The notes: generated by a model from the letters alone, not told the origin. A stretch of DNA of 37,960 bases from Puniceicoccales bacterium (GCA_031279675.1 JAITIB010000006.1:1-37960); one strand, 5' to 3'. Shown: positions 1 through 13,694, counted from the first letter of the stretch. Translations and numbers: made by a program.

Positions 1-327
1 ACCCTCCTCCGCCTCCACCCCCGCCTCGCCCCCTACAAAGCCGCCATCTTCCCCCTCGTCAAAAACAAGCCCGAACTCCTCGCCCGCGCCGAGGAGCTTT
101 ACAAAAAACTCAAACGCCGTTGGAACGTCTTCTTCGACGCCACCGGCGCCATCGGACGCCGCTACCGCCGCCAGGACGAAATCGGCACCCCCTACGGCAT
201 CACCATCGACTTCGACACCCTCGAAAAAGACGACACACTCACCCTCCGCCACCGCGACACCCTCCAACAAGAACGCCTCAGCGAAACCGCCCTCATCCAC
301 TACCTCGAAACCCACCTCGACCCCTAA
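1..327 (+). CDS. glyQS: glycine--tRNA ligase, C-terminal anticodon-binding part (5' end outside window)
   Basis: Frame 1 is open from the window edge to TAA at 325-327. The translation ...[77 protein letters not shown]... carries the GlyRS-type anticodon-binding signature [22 protein letters not shown]. Confidence 0.8.
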   Translation, partial: TLLRLHPRLAPYKAAIFPLVKNKPELLARAEELYKKLKRRWNVFFDATGAIGRRYRRQDEIGTPYGITIDFDTLEKDDTLTLRHRDTLQQERLSETALIHYLETHLDP

Positions 328-351
328 GCCACGCCCCCCCGCCGCCACACG

Positions 352-1482
352 ATGCAACCCAACGACAACAAAACCCACTGGCACCACGGTCAGGGCCACT
401 GGGCCCACATCCCCCCCGCCCAATGGAACAACTGGACCTGGCAATACCGCCACCGCATCACCACCCCCGCCCAAGCCCAAACCCACCTCACCCTCACCCC
501 CGAAGAACACGCCGGCTGCCAGCAAGCCCCCACCCGCCTCGCCCTCGCCATCACCCCCCACTACTTCAACCTCATCGACCCCAACGACCCCCACTGCCCC
601 ATCCGCCGCCAAATCATCCCCCGCATCGAAGAAACCCACACCACCCCCGACGAACACACCGACCCCATCGGCGAAGAAACCACCACACCCATCCCCGGCC
701 TCGTCCACCGCTACCCCGACCGCGTCCTCCTCCTCCTCACCAGCAACTGCGCCGCCTACTGCCGCTACTGCACCCGCAGCCGCCTCGTCTCCAACGCCCA
801 AGCCTACAACTTCCAACCCCAACACCAAGCCGCCCTCCACTACATCCGCACCCACTCCCAAATCCGCGACGTCCTCCTCAGCGGCGGCGACCCCCTCCTC
901 CTCACCGAACACACCCTCGACACCCTCCTCACCCAACTGCGCGCCATCCCCCACATCGAAATCATCCGCATCGGCACCCGCATCCCCGTCTTCATGCCCC
1001 AGCGCATCACCCCCGCCCTCTGCGCCACCCTCCGCAAACACGGCCCCATCTGGATGAACATCCACGTCAACCACCCCCGCGAATGCACCCTTGAGCTCGA
1101 CCACGCCCTCAAACAACTCACCCAAGCCGACGTCCACCTCGGCAACCAATCCGTCCTCCTGCGCGGCGTCAACGACGACCTCCCCACCCTCCGCTCCCTC
1201 CTCCACCGCCTCCTCATGATGCGCGTGCGCCCCTACTATCTCTACGCCTGCGACAAAGTAAAAGGCACCGCCCACCTCCGCGTCCCCATCGAAAAAGGCA
1301 TCGAACTCATCCACCAACTCCGCGGACACACCACCGGCCAAGCCATCCCCCAATACGTCATCGACGCCCCCGGCGGCGGCGGCAAAATCCCCATCAACCC
1401 CGACTACATCGACCACTGGACCCTCACCGGCCCCATCCTGCGCAACTACCAAGGCAAAACCTACCCCTACACCAACACCTGA
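352..1482 (+). CDS. KamA-family radical SAM protein (lysine 2,3-aminomutase / EpmB-like)
   Basis: ATG at 352, TGA at 1480-1482. Has the radical-SAM CxxxCxxC motif (CAAYCRYCTRS) and KamA-family blocks VLLSGGDPLLL, IRIGTRIPV, NIHVNHPRE, NQSVLLRGVNDD, RVRPYYLYACD..KG..H. Confidence 0.85.
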   Translation: MQPNDNKTHWHHGQGHWAHIPPAQWNNWTWQYRHRITTPAQAQTHLTLTPEEHAGCQQAPTRLALAITPHYFNLIDPNDPHCPIRRQIIPRIEETHTTPDEHTDPIGEETTTPIPGLVHRYPDRVLLLLTSNCAAYCRYCTRSRLVSNAQAYNFQPQHQAALHYIRTHSQIRDVLLSGGDPLLLTEHTLDTLLTQLRAIPHIEIIRIGTRIPVFMPQRITPALCATLRKHGPIWMNIHVNHPRECTLELDHALKQLTQADVHLGNQSVLLRGVNDDLPTLRSLLHRLLMMRVRPYYLYACDKVKGTAHLRVPIEKGIELIHQLRGHTTGQAIPQYVIDAPGGGGKIPINPDYIDHWTLTGPILRNYQGKTYPYTNT

Positions 1483-1598
1483 AACGCACCCCCACCCGCC
1501 GACACCATCTCGAAAATCCATTGGTTCGGAAGTCCGGATTTTCATAACCGGCGACGTGCACGACTGGGCAAAAACAGCACGAAAACCGACTGTCACCG

Positions 1599-2480
1599 TT
1601 GCCCGGGAAGGCCGGAGGCCGCAAACGCGAAGAACCGGCATCCGGTGCCGCCGACCCGGACGCAAGCGCGTTGCAAAACGCCGCCAAGCCCGGCGCAAGG
1701 GGTGCGGATGCGCCGGATCCGGAGCTTGAGTCCGAGCTCACGGGCATCTTCGACGGCCTCGCCATCGCCATGGAAAAGCAGATGCTCAAGGCACTGCCGC
1801 CCCCACCCAAGGACACGAAGATCAAGAATGCCGACTTCACCGTGGACTCCAAAAAAAATCATCACGCCAAGGAGGGCGAGAACGGTGGCGAGTTCATCAC
1901 GAAGGACGGTGATGGTGCGACAGCGAAGAAGCCCGAGGAAAAATCTGCCGAGATTGCGCCCCCCAAGCGCATCACTGTCGCCGAGGCCGACGCCCGTTTA
2001 ACAAGGGGAGAAAAGGTAACGGCAGTGGACGGGAAAGAGGTGAACTTTGGCCAACGCCTCAAAGGCAAGCTGGAGGACCCCAAGCATCCCGAATACGGGC
2101 AACAGAGGAGGAAAGAACTTCTCGAATACGCGCAAGATTCCGTCCGGAGCGGACAACACATCAAGGAGACGACCAACGGCGATACGCGTGGCGTCTATTA
2201 CAAGGAGCATGAGATCGTCAGCATCAAGGACGGCGTCCAAAAAAAGAAAGGGATAGCCTGCATCGTCAGTGAGCGAGATGGCGAGGCATTCGACATCCGC
2301 TACATGAACAAGGGCCAAGCGCTCAGGAAAGGGCTCATCAACAGGACGCGCCCTGCCAAAAAAAATAGGCTCCCTTTTACGGGAGCTGTGGCGTGCGCAA
2401 TGGACTGGCAGCCGTCCCGCGCCCTGCTGGATGCGATTGTCGCTGCCGACGGCAACCAGCTTCGTGGCGCAAAGAATTAA
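1599..2480 (+). CDS. hypothetical protein in a compositionally distinct mini-island; start uncertain (TTG 1599 or first ATG 1770)
   Basis: 293-codon ORF ending in TAA at 2478-2480. Codon usage (GAG/AAG/GCG) differs sharply from kamA immediately upstream. The N-terminal half is charged and low-complexity. The C-terminal half (VNFGQRLKGKLEDPKHPEYGQQRRKELLEYAQDSVRSGQHIKETTNGDTRGVYYKEHEIVSIKDG...IACIVSERDGEAFDIRYMN) loosely resembles small phage/polyvalent-protein nuclease-like modules; this was not verified. Confidence 0.45.
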   Translation: MPGKAGGRKREEPASGAADPDASALQNAAKPGARGADAPDPELESELTGIFDGLAIAMEKQMLKALPPPPKDTKIKNADFTVDSKKNHHAKEGENGGEFITKDGDGATAKKPEEKSAEIAPPKRITVAEADARLTRGEKVTAVDGKEVNFGQRLKGKLEDPKHPEYGQQRRKELLEYAQDSVRSGQHIKETTNGDTRGVYYKEHEIVSIKDGVQKKKGIACIVSERDGEAFDIRYMNKGQALRKGLINRTRPAKKNRLPFTGAVACAMDWQPSRALLDAIVAADGNQLRGAKN

Positions 2481-2514
2481 CCCTCCACCCCGGCGCATCA
2501 AGCATTTTTCACCG

Positions 2515-2802
2515 ATGAAAAAACGAACCCAAAAACCAACGCCGCTGCGCCTCTACATTTCCGGGCCGATGGCGGGCAAAGAAAACAACAACCGCGAGAG
2601 CTTCGCCACCGTGGCTGGGCGGCTCCGTGCGGCCGGACACCGGGTGTTCAACCCGGCGGGCTCCTTGCTGTTCGAGAGCCCATCCTGGAATGGGTGGGAT
2701 CGGGATGAGGAGTGGCACCGCCGCAACCTTGCGGAAGAAGGCGTGAGAACGGGTGCGGGGATGTGTCGCGGCGTCAGGCGTTTCTCTTGTTTTTCGCTTT
2801 AA
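2515..2802 (+). CDS. DUF4406-like (nucleoside 2-deoxyribosyltransferase-like) protein, probably C-terminally truncated or degenerate
   Basis: ATG at 2515. The N-terminus MKKRTQKPTPLRLYISGPMAGKENNNRESFATVAGRLRAAGHRVFNPA fits the YI(S/A)GPM.G...N...F......L...G..V.NP pattern of DUF4406. The remaining roughly 45 aa do not fit, and the 3' end overlaps the convergent ORF by 29 nt. Confidence 0.45.
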   Translation: MKKRTQKPTPLRLYISGPMAGKENNNRESFATVAGRLRAAGHRVFNPAGSLLFESPSWNGWDRDEEWHRRNLAEEGVRTGAGMCRGVRRFSCFSL

Positions 2803-3022
2803 TGCCTTCAAGATGGATGCGGCGCGCTTCGATTTTCCGCATCTTGTTCTTTTTTCTGCACGTTGAACATTCCACTGCGAGAGATTCAATCGGGCCTTGG
2901 GCCTCTTCATACCACCACTGTTGCCGCTTCGCTGTCCAAATCTCTACCTTTCCGCAGTTTCGGCACGTAAATTCTCGATCGAAATAATAGTCCGGTATTT
3001 CTGGAATCGCCGACCGCGACAC
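2774..3022 (-). CDS. small zinc-ribbon protein (two CxxC pairs; zf-trcl-like)
   Basis: 82-aa ORF with a GTG start. FTCRNCGKVEIWTAKRQQWWYEE....VECSTCRKKNK matches the pattern F.C..CG......A..Q.....KG....P..C..CR of the probable zinc-ribbon family. Basic C-terminal tail. Confidence 0.55.
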   Translation of the reverse strand: MSRSAIPEIPDYYFDREFTCRNCGKVEIWTAKRQQWWYEEAQGPIESLAVECSTCRKKNKMRKIEARRIHLEGIKAKNKRNA

Positions 3023-3243
3023 TACTTTCAGCGGATTTACGGGAATCGCGGTTCCGTTCGCGAGTCGTTCCGCGAGTTCGCGTGCCTCTTGCGGATTCCT
3101 CTGTCAAAATTTATGCCGCGATGGCTATTGCGACGCCGTAGCCATTGCAATCGGGAAACGGGAGGCACGGCGGGAAAATGTGCGCGGCGGCGAGCATTTT
3201 AGCATTCCGTTCGGTGGCATTTTTCTTAACGAGGGGTTCCAGC

Positions 3244-4236
3244 ATGAATGTTCTCGTAGTAGGCGGAGCCGGATACATCGGCAGCCATTGCACAAGGCAG
3301 ATTATTGCCGCCGGGCACCACCCTGTGGTGCTCGACAACCTCAGCTCCGGGCATCGCGAGGCGGTGGCAATCGGAACGCCCTTTTACCATGGCGACTTGG
3401 GGGATCAGGCGTTGGTGCGACAGGTGTTGCGCAGGGAAAAAATTGACATCGTGATGCACTTTGCCGCGTTCATCGAAGTGGCCGAGTCGGTCGCAATGCC
3501 CATCCGGTATTACAAGAACAATGTGGTCAAGACACTGGCGTTGCTCGAAACGATGATGGAGGAGGATGTGCGCAAGTTCATCTTTTCGTCAACGGCGGCG
3601 GTTTACGGAATGCCGGAAACGATGCCGATCACCGAGGGTGTGAAAAAGGCGCCGATCAATCCTTACGGGCAGACAAAGCTTGATTGCGAAAACATTCTGT
3701 CCGCGCTTGCGGTGGCGCACGGGCTGGGCTTTGCGGTGTTTCGCTACTTCAATGCCTGCGGGGCGGCCACCGATGGCGCGATCGGAGAGGATCATGCGCC
3801 GGAAACGCATCTTATCCCGAACGTAATCCGCTCGGCCCTCGGCCTTGCGCCCGTCATCAAGGTGTTCGGCACGGACTATCCCACGCCCGACGGCACCTGT
3901 TTGCGCGACTACATCCATGTCGATGATTTGTCCCGCGCGCACATTGCGGCGTTTGACAGGATTGGGACGCCGGGAACGCAATTGCATTTCAACCTCGGGA
4001 CAGGACATCCCCACAGCGTGATGGAAATCATCGGCGCGGTGGAAAAACTTTCCTCGAAAAAAGTGCCGGTGGAATTTGCCCCCCGGCGCGCGGGCGATCC
4101 GCCGGAATTGTGCGCCGACGCCACTTGCGCGCGCACAGCGCTTGGGTGGAAACCGCTCTTCACAAGCATTGAGTCCATCATCGAAACCGCATGGCGCTGG
4201 CACAGCGCGCATCCGTCGGGATACGCGACGCGGTGA
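3244..4236 (+). CDS. galE: UDP-glucose 4-epimerase
   Basis: Internal ATG at 3244 gives MNVLVVGGAGYIGSHC (Rossmann GxxGxxG). Also FSSTAAVYG, the YGQTKL catalytic YxxxK and DGTCLRDYIHVDDL. Length is about 330 aa. The upstream 33 codons of the track ORF look non-coding. Confidence 0.9.
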   Translation: MNVLVVGGAGYIGSHCTRQIIAAGHHPVVLDNLSSGHREAVAIGTPFYHGDLGDQALVRQVLRREKIDIVMHFAAFIEVAESVAMPIRYYKNNVVKTLALLETMMEEDVRKFIFSSTAAVYGMPETMPITEGVKKAPINPYGQTKLDCENILSALAVAHGLGFAVFRYFNACGAATDGAIGEDHAPETHLIPNVIRSALGLAPVIKVFGTDYPTPDGTCLRDYIHVDDLSRAHIAAFDRIGTPGTQLHFNLGTGHPHSVMEIIGAVEKLSSKKVPVEFAPRRAGDPPELCADATCARTALGWKPLFTSIESIIETAWRWHSAHPSGYATR

Positions 4237-4269
4237 TTTTCTTCACGTGAAAAGCAAAACCGCGTCCCG

Positions 4270-4755
4270 ATGAACCATCTGCACCCTTACTGGCGAATGT
4301 CCTATGTCGAGGCGCCCAAACCGCCGGGCGGCAATGCGGTGTTTGAGGAAATCCCCAGGGTGGCGGACGACAGGAGCGCGCACCTGCTCCATCGCGGCCA
4401 GACGGGCTATCTTGTGCTAAACCGTTTCCCCTACAATGCGGGGCACTTGCTCGCAGTGCCGTATCGTCCGGTGGCAACGCTGGGCGGGCTGGACAGCGCG
4501 GAGCGGGCGGAATTGATGGATCTCATCGTGCTGGCGCAGGATGTGCTCACCGCGGCGTTGAGTCCGGACGGATTTAATGTGGGGTTTAACTTCGGGGCGG
4601 CGGCAGGCGCTGGCATCCCACGGCATTTGCACGCGCACGTCGTGCCGAGATGGAGCGGGGACAACAATTTCATGCCCGTGGTTGGCGAAACACGCGTGCT
4701 GGTGGCGTCGCTCGACGCGATGTGGGAACGGTTGAAGGCGTTCTGTCCGGGATGA
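4270..4755 (+). CDS. HIT-family protein (Ap4A phosphorylase / nucleotidyl-transferase-like)
   Basis: ATG at 4270. Histidine triad IPRHLHAHVVPRW, preceded by LNRFPYNAGHLL. 161 aa. Confidence 0.85.
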   Translation: MNHLHPYWRMSYVEAPKPPGGNAVFEEIPRVADDRSAHLLHRGQTGYLVLNRFPYNAGHLLAVPYRPVATLGGLDSAERAELMDLIVLAQDVLTAALSPDGFNVGFNFGAAAGAGIPRHLHAHVVPRWSGDNNFMPVVGETRVLVASLDAMWERLKAFCPG

Positions 4756-4774
4756 AGTCGCTGGAGGCAACGGA

Positions 4775-7700
4775 CTACAGCTCCCCGGGCGAGAGCCAGC
4801 GCAGGGAAAGGATGCGGAAGCGACGCCCAAAGTATTGGTTGACCGCGTTGAGTTTGCGCCCCTCGGGATCGTTGGACGGGGCGATGTCCGCAGTCTGAGT
4901 GTTGTCCACGTATTCGGGGAGGCGCTGGACGACGGCCTCAAGATAGGCACGGGCAGTGTTGCCCACGGCCTTGTGGGTGGCGTCGCCATAGGCACGAATG
5001 ACAAAAGTGTCGCTACGCGCATTGAGTCTGGCGCCAATCGCCTGTAGAATATCGCCTTGGAGAAGCATTCCGGGAGCACCGGTGGCAATGGGGATGTTGG
5101 CACCGTCCACGACATCGGGACGGCGGAAGCGTCCCGATATCTCGTCGTTGAGCATTGCGCTGGTGATGGTCTGCGCGCTCAGCCCGGTGTTGATACCCGC
5201 GCCATACTTGCGATCCGCGGCGACGAGGGCGGATTGGATGACGCCAAGTTTCCCCACCTCGTCCTGATCGGCAAGCCCGCGGTTGACAAACTCGCCGATG
5301 GAAAGAAAGGGACGGCAAAGTTCCTCGCCCGTGGGCGCCGTGTAGGGGGCGCGGTGCAAAGTGTGCGCGAGGCGGAGGCGGATTTTTTCAACAAGCGCCC
5401 TGGCAAGTTTTTCGATCTGGGCTGTGTTAAGCGCCTTTGCGCTGGTCCACGCATTGTCGTCCGCAAGGTTATCCGTTGCGAAATCGGAGCCGGACACGGG
5501 GAGGGTTCGCGGGAAAGGAGCCCGCCCGCTGGAGGGTCCGCCCAGGGGCGCGGGGCTGCTGGCCAAGGGAATGTCACGAGTGGAACCAAGGATGGCCCGC
5601 CATGCGCGCTCGTCGGTGGCGTTGATGTTGAAAGTTCCGCATTGGACGAGGCTCGCGGCGGACTTTCGGTAACGCGCCGGATCGCCGAGCAGGCTGGCGG
5701 ACTGGACCGCGTCGGCGCCAGGGGCCAGGCGGATGCTCGGGTTGGCAAGCGGGGTCTGCTTTTGCGGACTGAGAAAATCCGCCCACACCTTTTGCTGGTT
5801 GCGAACTTCCGTGGGGACGCTGTTCAGGTTGGAATGGTTGATTTCGGGGGCAATGGTGGAGAAGTAAAAGTGGTCCCAGAGACCGGTGTTGAGCATCCAT
5901 GTCTGATCGTAGAAGGTGTATCCGTCCGTTGGATCAAAGGCCATGCCGGTGCCGACATAGGGGCTTGGGAATGAATGCCCGACACCATAAAGGGCGACGC
6001 TGTCGAGAATGTTGATGTTGGCGGTCTGGAATTGCCCCAGACCCACCATGGGGGCGCGCGGGACGTGGGCGCGGATAGTGCGGGTTCTCCCGGAGGAGGT
6101 CATGCTGTTGCCGCCGTAGGCAAACCCCTTGCCGTCGGTCTCAACAAGGGTGGCGAGATCGCCTCCGGGGATGTCCCCAATGCGGTATTGCCAGCTGTTG
6201 CCGCTCGTGCGGTAACCGAAGTTCCCATACGCGTCTATGCAACGCACGGCGCCGAGCGGGTTTGTCATGGCATAGGTGGGAATGTTGTTGTTGGTGCTGA
6301 CGGCACCTCTCCAATCCGTCATTTTTTCGAACCACTCGATGTAACCGAAAAAGTGCGGGGCCTGGCTTTCGCTTGGCAACGACGCAATGTTCACGCCCGC
6401 CGCTGAACCACTGCACGCCGGATTGTAACTGCGGAAAAAATACTCCTGGTGTTCCGCCGCGTTGTAGTAGTCGCCATCGTGGGTAAGGTTCGCACCAAGG
6501 TTGCCCTCATCCGTGGCCTTGATCAGCTCGCGAACATAGACACCCGCTGTTCCGATCTGGGCGAAGAGCGCATCCTCGGGATCAATTTCAATCTGCGCCC
6601 CGTTAAGCTTCTCAAAATAATAGCCGCTGTGGTAATTGAAGTTGTTTTTCCCCACAATGAAGCGGTCCCATGGCTCGGGTTTGCCCTCTCCGGCGGAAAA
6701 GATGCGGTATTCGCCCGGCTGCAACACCATTTCGGGGACAAAAATGCTGATGTTGTCCTTGTCCCCGCCCCCGTAACTCCCCCAGCCCGGCTGGTCTTTG
6801 AAAATGCTCTGGAGGCTGCGGCTCAGCAGCGTCTCTCCCGTTTTGTTGTTGCGGATCGTCACATGCGCCCCGTCATAACGCAACGAAAGGCGCAACCCAG
6901 CGCGCTCCGTGCCGTTGCGTGTCTGGATGGTCTCCCCGCGCCAGCGCATGGGGACATTGAACGGATTGTGGACCACAACAATGGGATTCAACACAAGGCG
7001 CAGCACCTTTTTCCCCTCCGAACTCGCACCTTCAGCGGTCGATTGCAAACCAAGGGCGAGCATGTAGCGCACGCTGTGCGGTGTCGCCGCGACGGCGGAC
7101 GGGCGCATCACGGCAAGCCCCGAATAACCGCCAATGTCCCGCGTGTTGATGTCGCACCCCTGAACGCGCATGATGTGCGAATAAACAAAGGTCTCGCTCC
7201 CGCCACGCGACTGGATGAGCGATCTGTTCGACCACGCATCGGGATAAAATGGACGCGCAACAAAGATTCCGTCGGGGTGAAAATTCTCAGGTTTGTAGAG
7301 CCTGTAATAGTTGCGCATGAGTGTCCATGACGGGCCGAAAAGATGGCCGCCGTTCACTCCCTTGACGTTGAACATGGGGCGGAAATTCTCGTTGTTGCGC
7401 GAATTTTCGAGGATGCGCAGGGTCTTGTGTTCCCAACGCGGATTGCGCACACCGCCGGTGTCGTCCGGATCAAACGTCACCGTCACCGGCGCCGCTCCCG
7501 TCGTAAAATCAGACCGGGCGAACTCGTCATTATCCATCTCAAAGGCAAGCGAGAGATCATACCGAAGCCCCCCGAGTGTCGTGCTGGTAAAAAGCCCCTC
7601 CGAATAGGCGGTCACCGCATGGGCATAGTTCTGCGCGATGCGCGGGATTGCGCCCTCGCCAGCGCCGCCTGCCAGCCCGCTCAGGGCCTCCATCCCCGAG

Positions 7701-8518
7701 TAATCCGCAGTGCCCAGAACGCGCGCGAGCTCGGGATCCTCCGCACCCACCTTTTCCCACCGGGGAATCAGCCCCGCGCCCGCACCCCCCGGCGCCGCGA
7801 GAAGCCGCGCCAAGCCCCGGGGCTCGCGCGCATCCACGCCTGCCGCACGATCCGGGAGGTTCAACCGCGCCTTCACACCTTCGTCCGCGACCCAATAAGC
7901 GTAATGCCCCAAGCGTGTTTCCGCTGCCTTCAGAGGAACCCTCCGAACCCTGACCAGAGTATCAAACGGAGACCGGTTCAATTGTTCCTCCGGGCTCCCC
8001 GCCTCGCTCGTGAACAAGGTGACAAAATCAGGCGTGTCCGTCCCCGGCACCACTTCCCACGGCGTGCTGTATTGCGATGGGTAGGCCGATTTTCCCGCAA
8101 GCGAATACGTCTGAACCACGCCGCTTACCAACCACGCCGGGGGTGAATCGCGAAATCCCCCGCGCGAATCCCACACGCCCGTCCACCACGGATTGCGCCC
8201 TTCCCAAAGCGTCCGCGCCTCCTCCGGCAACCCACTCGCAACCGGCAAGGTCACGTTCGCCTGCGCCGTCACCCTCTGGTCGGCCCCCGCCGTCTGCTGC
8301 AACTGGCCCAGCGCAACGCGCAGCCCCACCACCGCGTTCAGGCGAGCCCGCTCGCGCTCGACCGATGCCGAGGTAATACGCAACTCGACCGCCAGAAATG
8401 CCGTGAGGCTGATGACAAGCAAAAGCAACATGCTCATCACCACGAGCGACAACACCAGCGAAAACCCGCGGGAACGCTTGCCGACAATTGACTCACTTGG
8501 GATGGATGATTTTTTCAT
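4775..8518 (-). CDS. giant pseudopilin-like protein (GspK/PilX-like N-terminus, 1247 aa)
   Basis: The N-terminus MKKSSIPSESIVGKRSRG|FSLVLSLVVMSMLLLLVISLTAFLAV is a prepilin-type leader plus hydrophobic helix, but it lacks Glu at +5, as in GspK-type minor pseudopilins. The C-terminal ...DTFVIRAYGDATHKAVGNTARAYLEAVVQR is GspK-like. No other T2SS/T4P genes lie in the window. Confidence 0.7.
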   Translation of the reverse strand: MKKSSIPSESIVGKRSRGFSLVLSLVVMSMLLLLVISLTAFLAVELRITSASVERERARLNAVVGLRVALGQLQQTAGADQRVTAQANVTLPVASGLPEEARTLWEGRNPWWTGVWDSRGGFRDSPPAWLVSGVVQTYSLAGKSAYPSQYSTPWEVVPGTDTPDFVTLFTSEAGSPEEQLNRSPFDTLVRVRRVPLKAAETRLGHYAYWVADEGVKARLNLPDRAAGVDAREPRGLARLLAAPGGAGAGLIPRWEKVGAEDPELARVLGTADYSGMEALSGLAGGAGEGAIPRIAQNYAHAVTAYSEGLFTSTTLGGLRYDLSLAFEMDNDEFARSDFTTGAAPVTVTFDPDDTGGVRNPRWEHKTLRILENSRNNENFRPMFNVKGVNGGHLFGPSWTLMRNYYRLYKPENFHPDGIFVARPFYPDAWSNRSLIQSRGGSETFVYSHIMRVQGCDINTRDIGGYSGLAVMRPSAVAATPHSVRYMLALGLQSTAEGASSEGKKVLRLVLNPIVVVHNPFNVPMRWRGETIQTRNGTERAGLRLSLRYDGAHVTIRNNKTGETLLSRSLQSIFKDQPGWGSYGGGDKDNISIFVPEMVLQPGEYRIFSAGEGKPEPWDRFIVGKNNFNYHSGYYFEKLNGAQIEIDPEDALFAQIGTAGVYVRELIKATDEGNLGANLTHDGDYYNAAEHQEYFFRSYNPACSGSAAGVNIASLPSESQAPHFFGYIEWFEKMTDWRGAVSTNNNIPTYAMTNPLGAVRCIDAYGNFGYRTSGNSWQYRIGDIPGGDLATLVETDGKGFAYGGNSMTSSGRTRTIRAHVPRAPMVGLGQFQTANINILDSVALYGVGHSFPSPYVGTGMAFDPTDGYTFYDQTWMLNTGLWDHFYFSTIAPEINHSNLNSVPTEVRNQQKVWADFLSPQKQTPLANPSIRLAPGADAVQSASLLGDPARYRKSAASLVQCGTFNINATDERAWRAILGSTRDIPLASSPAPLGGPSSGRAPFPRTLPVSGSDFATDNLADDNAWTSAKALNTAQIEKLARALVEKIRLRLAHTLHRAPYTAPTGEELCRPFLSIGEFVNRGLADQDEVGKLGVIQSALVAADRKYGAGINTGLSAQTITSAMLNDEISGRFRRPDVVDGANIPIATGAPGMLLQGDILQAIGARLNARSDTFVIRAYGDATHKAVGNTARAYLEAVVQRLPEYVDNTQTADIAPSNDPEGRKLNAVNQYFGRRFRILSLRWLSPGEL

Positions 8519-8775
8519 AAAGGGAAACCGCCGCCATTAAAGATGAATTCCAAGGTGAAATAATTCCAAATAAAGAGCCGCTGCCATCTGCCTTCGGGCA
8601 GAGAGGACAAGCCCCCCATCGATGTCGTGGATTTTCCTCCCTGCCCCGCCCCCGTCAACTTTTTAATGGCAAAGCGACATGAACACAACAACCACCCGCC
8701 AAGATCGCCTCAGCGATCCTGCCAGACACCAAATCGCCCTCCCCTTTTTTTTGGGGGAGAGGTCATCAAGATGTG

Positions 8776-12912
<4,137 letters not shown>

Positions 12913-12998
12913 GGAATCGCGGGCGTGAAATGACGTGAACCTCCCAGAAAGAAGAATTGGATCAGTGGCGTCAAGCGATATTACCGCCGCGACACGGG

Positions 12999-13694
12999 CT
13001 ATTTTTGCAAGATTCCGGAAGTGGCGTCGTCGGCAAATTTCCGCCTGTCGGTGGCGTCGAAAAACGAGGTTCCCGCAACCAGCGTGTCCGCCCCGGCAAT
13101 GCGGCATGCCTGCCCGCTCTCCAATGTGATGCCACCATCCACCTCGATACGATAGCGCAAGCCCGCTTCCCGCCGCCATCGGGCAAGCGTTCGGACTTTC
13201 CCAAGCATCTCGTCCATGAACACCTGCCCGCCAAACCCCGGGTGCACCGTCATTGCCAAAATCAAGTCCACCTCGGCAAGGAAAGGGCGAATTTTCTCGA
13301 CGGGAGTATCAGGGTTGAGCGCCAGCCCGGCATTCAGCCCAAGCGCCTTGATTTTGCGCAACGCATCAAGATGTCCATAGTCGGGCTCGACGTGCACGGT
13401 GATGTTTTGGGCGCCTGCGCGGGCAAAGGTTTCGATATAGAGGTGGGGTTGGGCGAGCATCAGGTGCGTGTCAAAATACAATGAAGTGCGCGGGCGCAAG
13501 GCGGCGAGCGTCTGGGGACCAAAGCTGAGATTCGGGACAAAATGCGCGTCCATGATATCAAGGTGAACCCACGCGAGCCCGGCATCCTCAATGGCGGCGA
13601 CGCTTTGCCCGAGCGCCGCGTGGTCACCGGCAAGAAGCGAGGGGACGAGCAAGGGAGTGTCAGGCGGGGGCATTTGCGACGGCGGTGTTCGCAT
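12999..13694 (-). CDS. rpe: ribulose-phosphate 3-epimerase
   Basis: Motifs [38 protein letters not shown] and VDGGI. Alternative ATG at 13673. Confidence 0.9.
   Translation of the reverse strand: MRTPPSQMPPPDTPLLVPSLLAGDHAALGQSVAAIEDAGLAWVHLDIMDAHFVPNLSFGPQTLAALRPRTSLYFDTHLMLAQPHLYIETFARAGAQNITVHVEPDYGHLDALRKIKALGLNAGLALNPDTPVEKIRPFLAEVDLILAMTVHPGFGGQVFMDEMLGKVRTLARWRREAGLRYRIEVDGGITLESGQACRIAGADTLVAGTSFFDATDRRKFADDATSGILQK

Noticed and set aside
120-1094. 324-aa Pro/His/Arg-rich ORF overlapping glyQS and kamA in another frame
   Set aside because: It is an artefact of the extreme C-rich, G-poor composition, since stop codons need T/A/G. It has a TTG start, and the KamA frame has clear radical-SAM motifs.
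8738-8762. Hairpin CTCCCC-T8-GGGGAG just downstream of rpoC as its terminator
   Set aside because: The T/A run forms the loop rather than following the stem, and on the rpoC sense strand the stem is followed by GGCGATTTGG, which is not a real U-tract. It may still be structural, but it is not a supportable intrinsic terminator.
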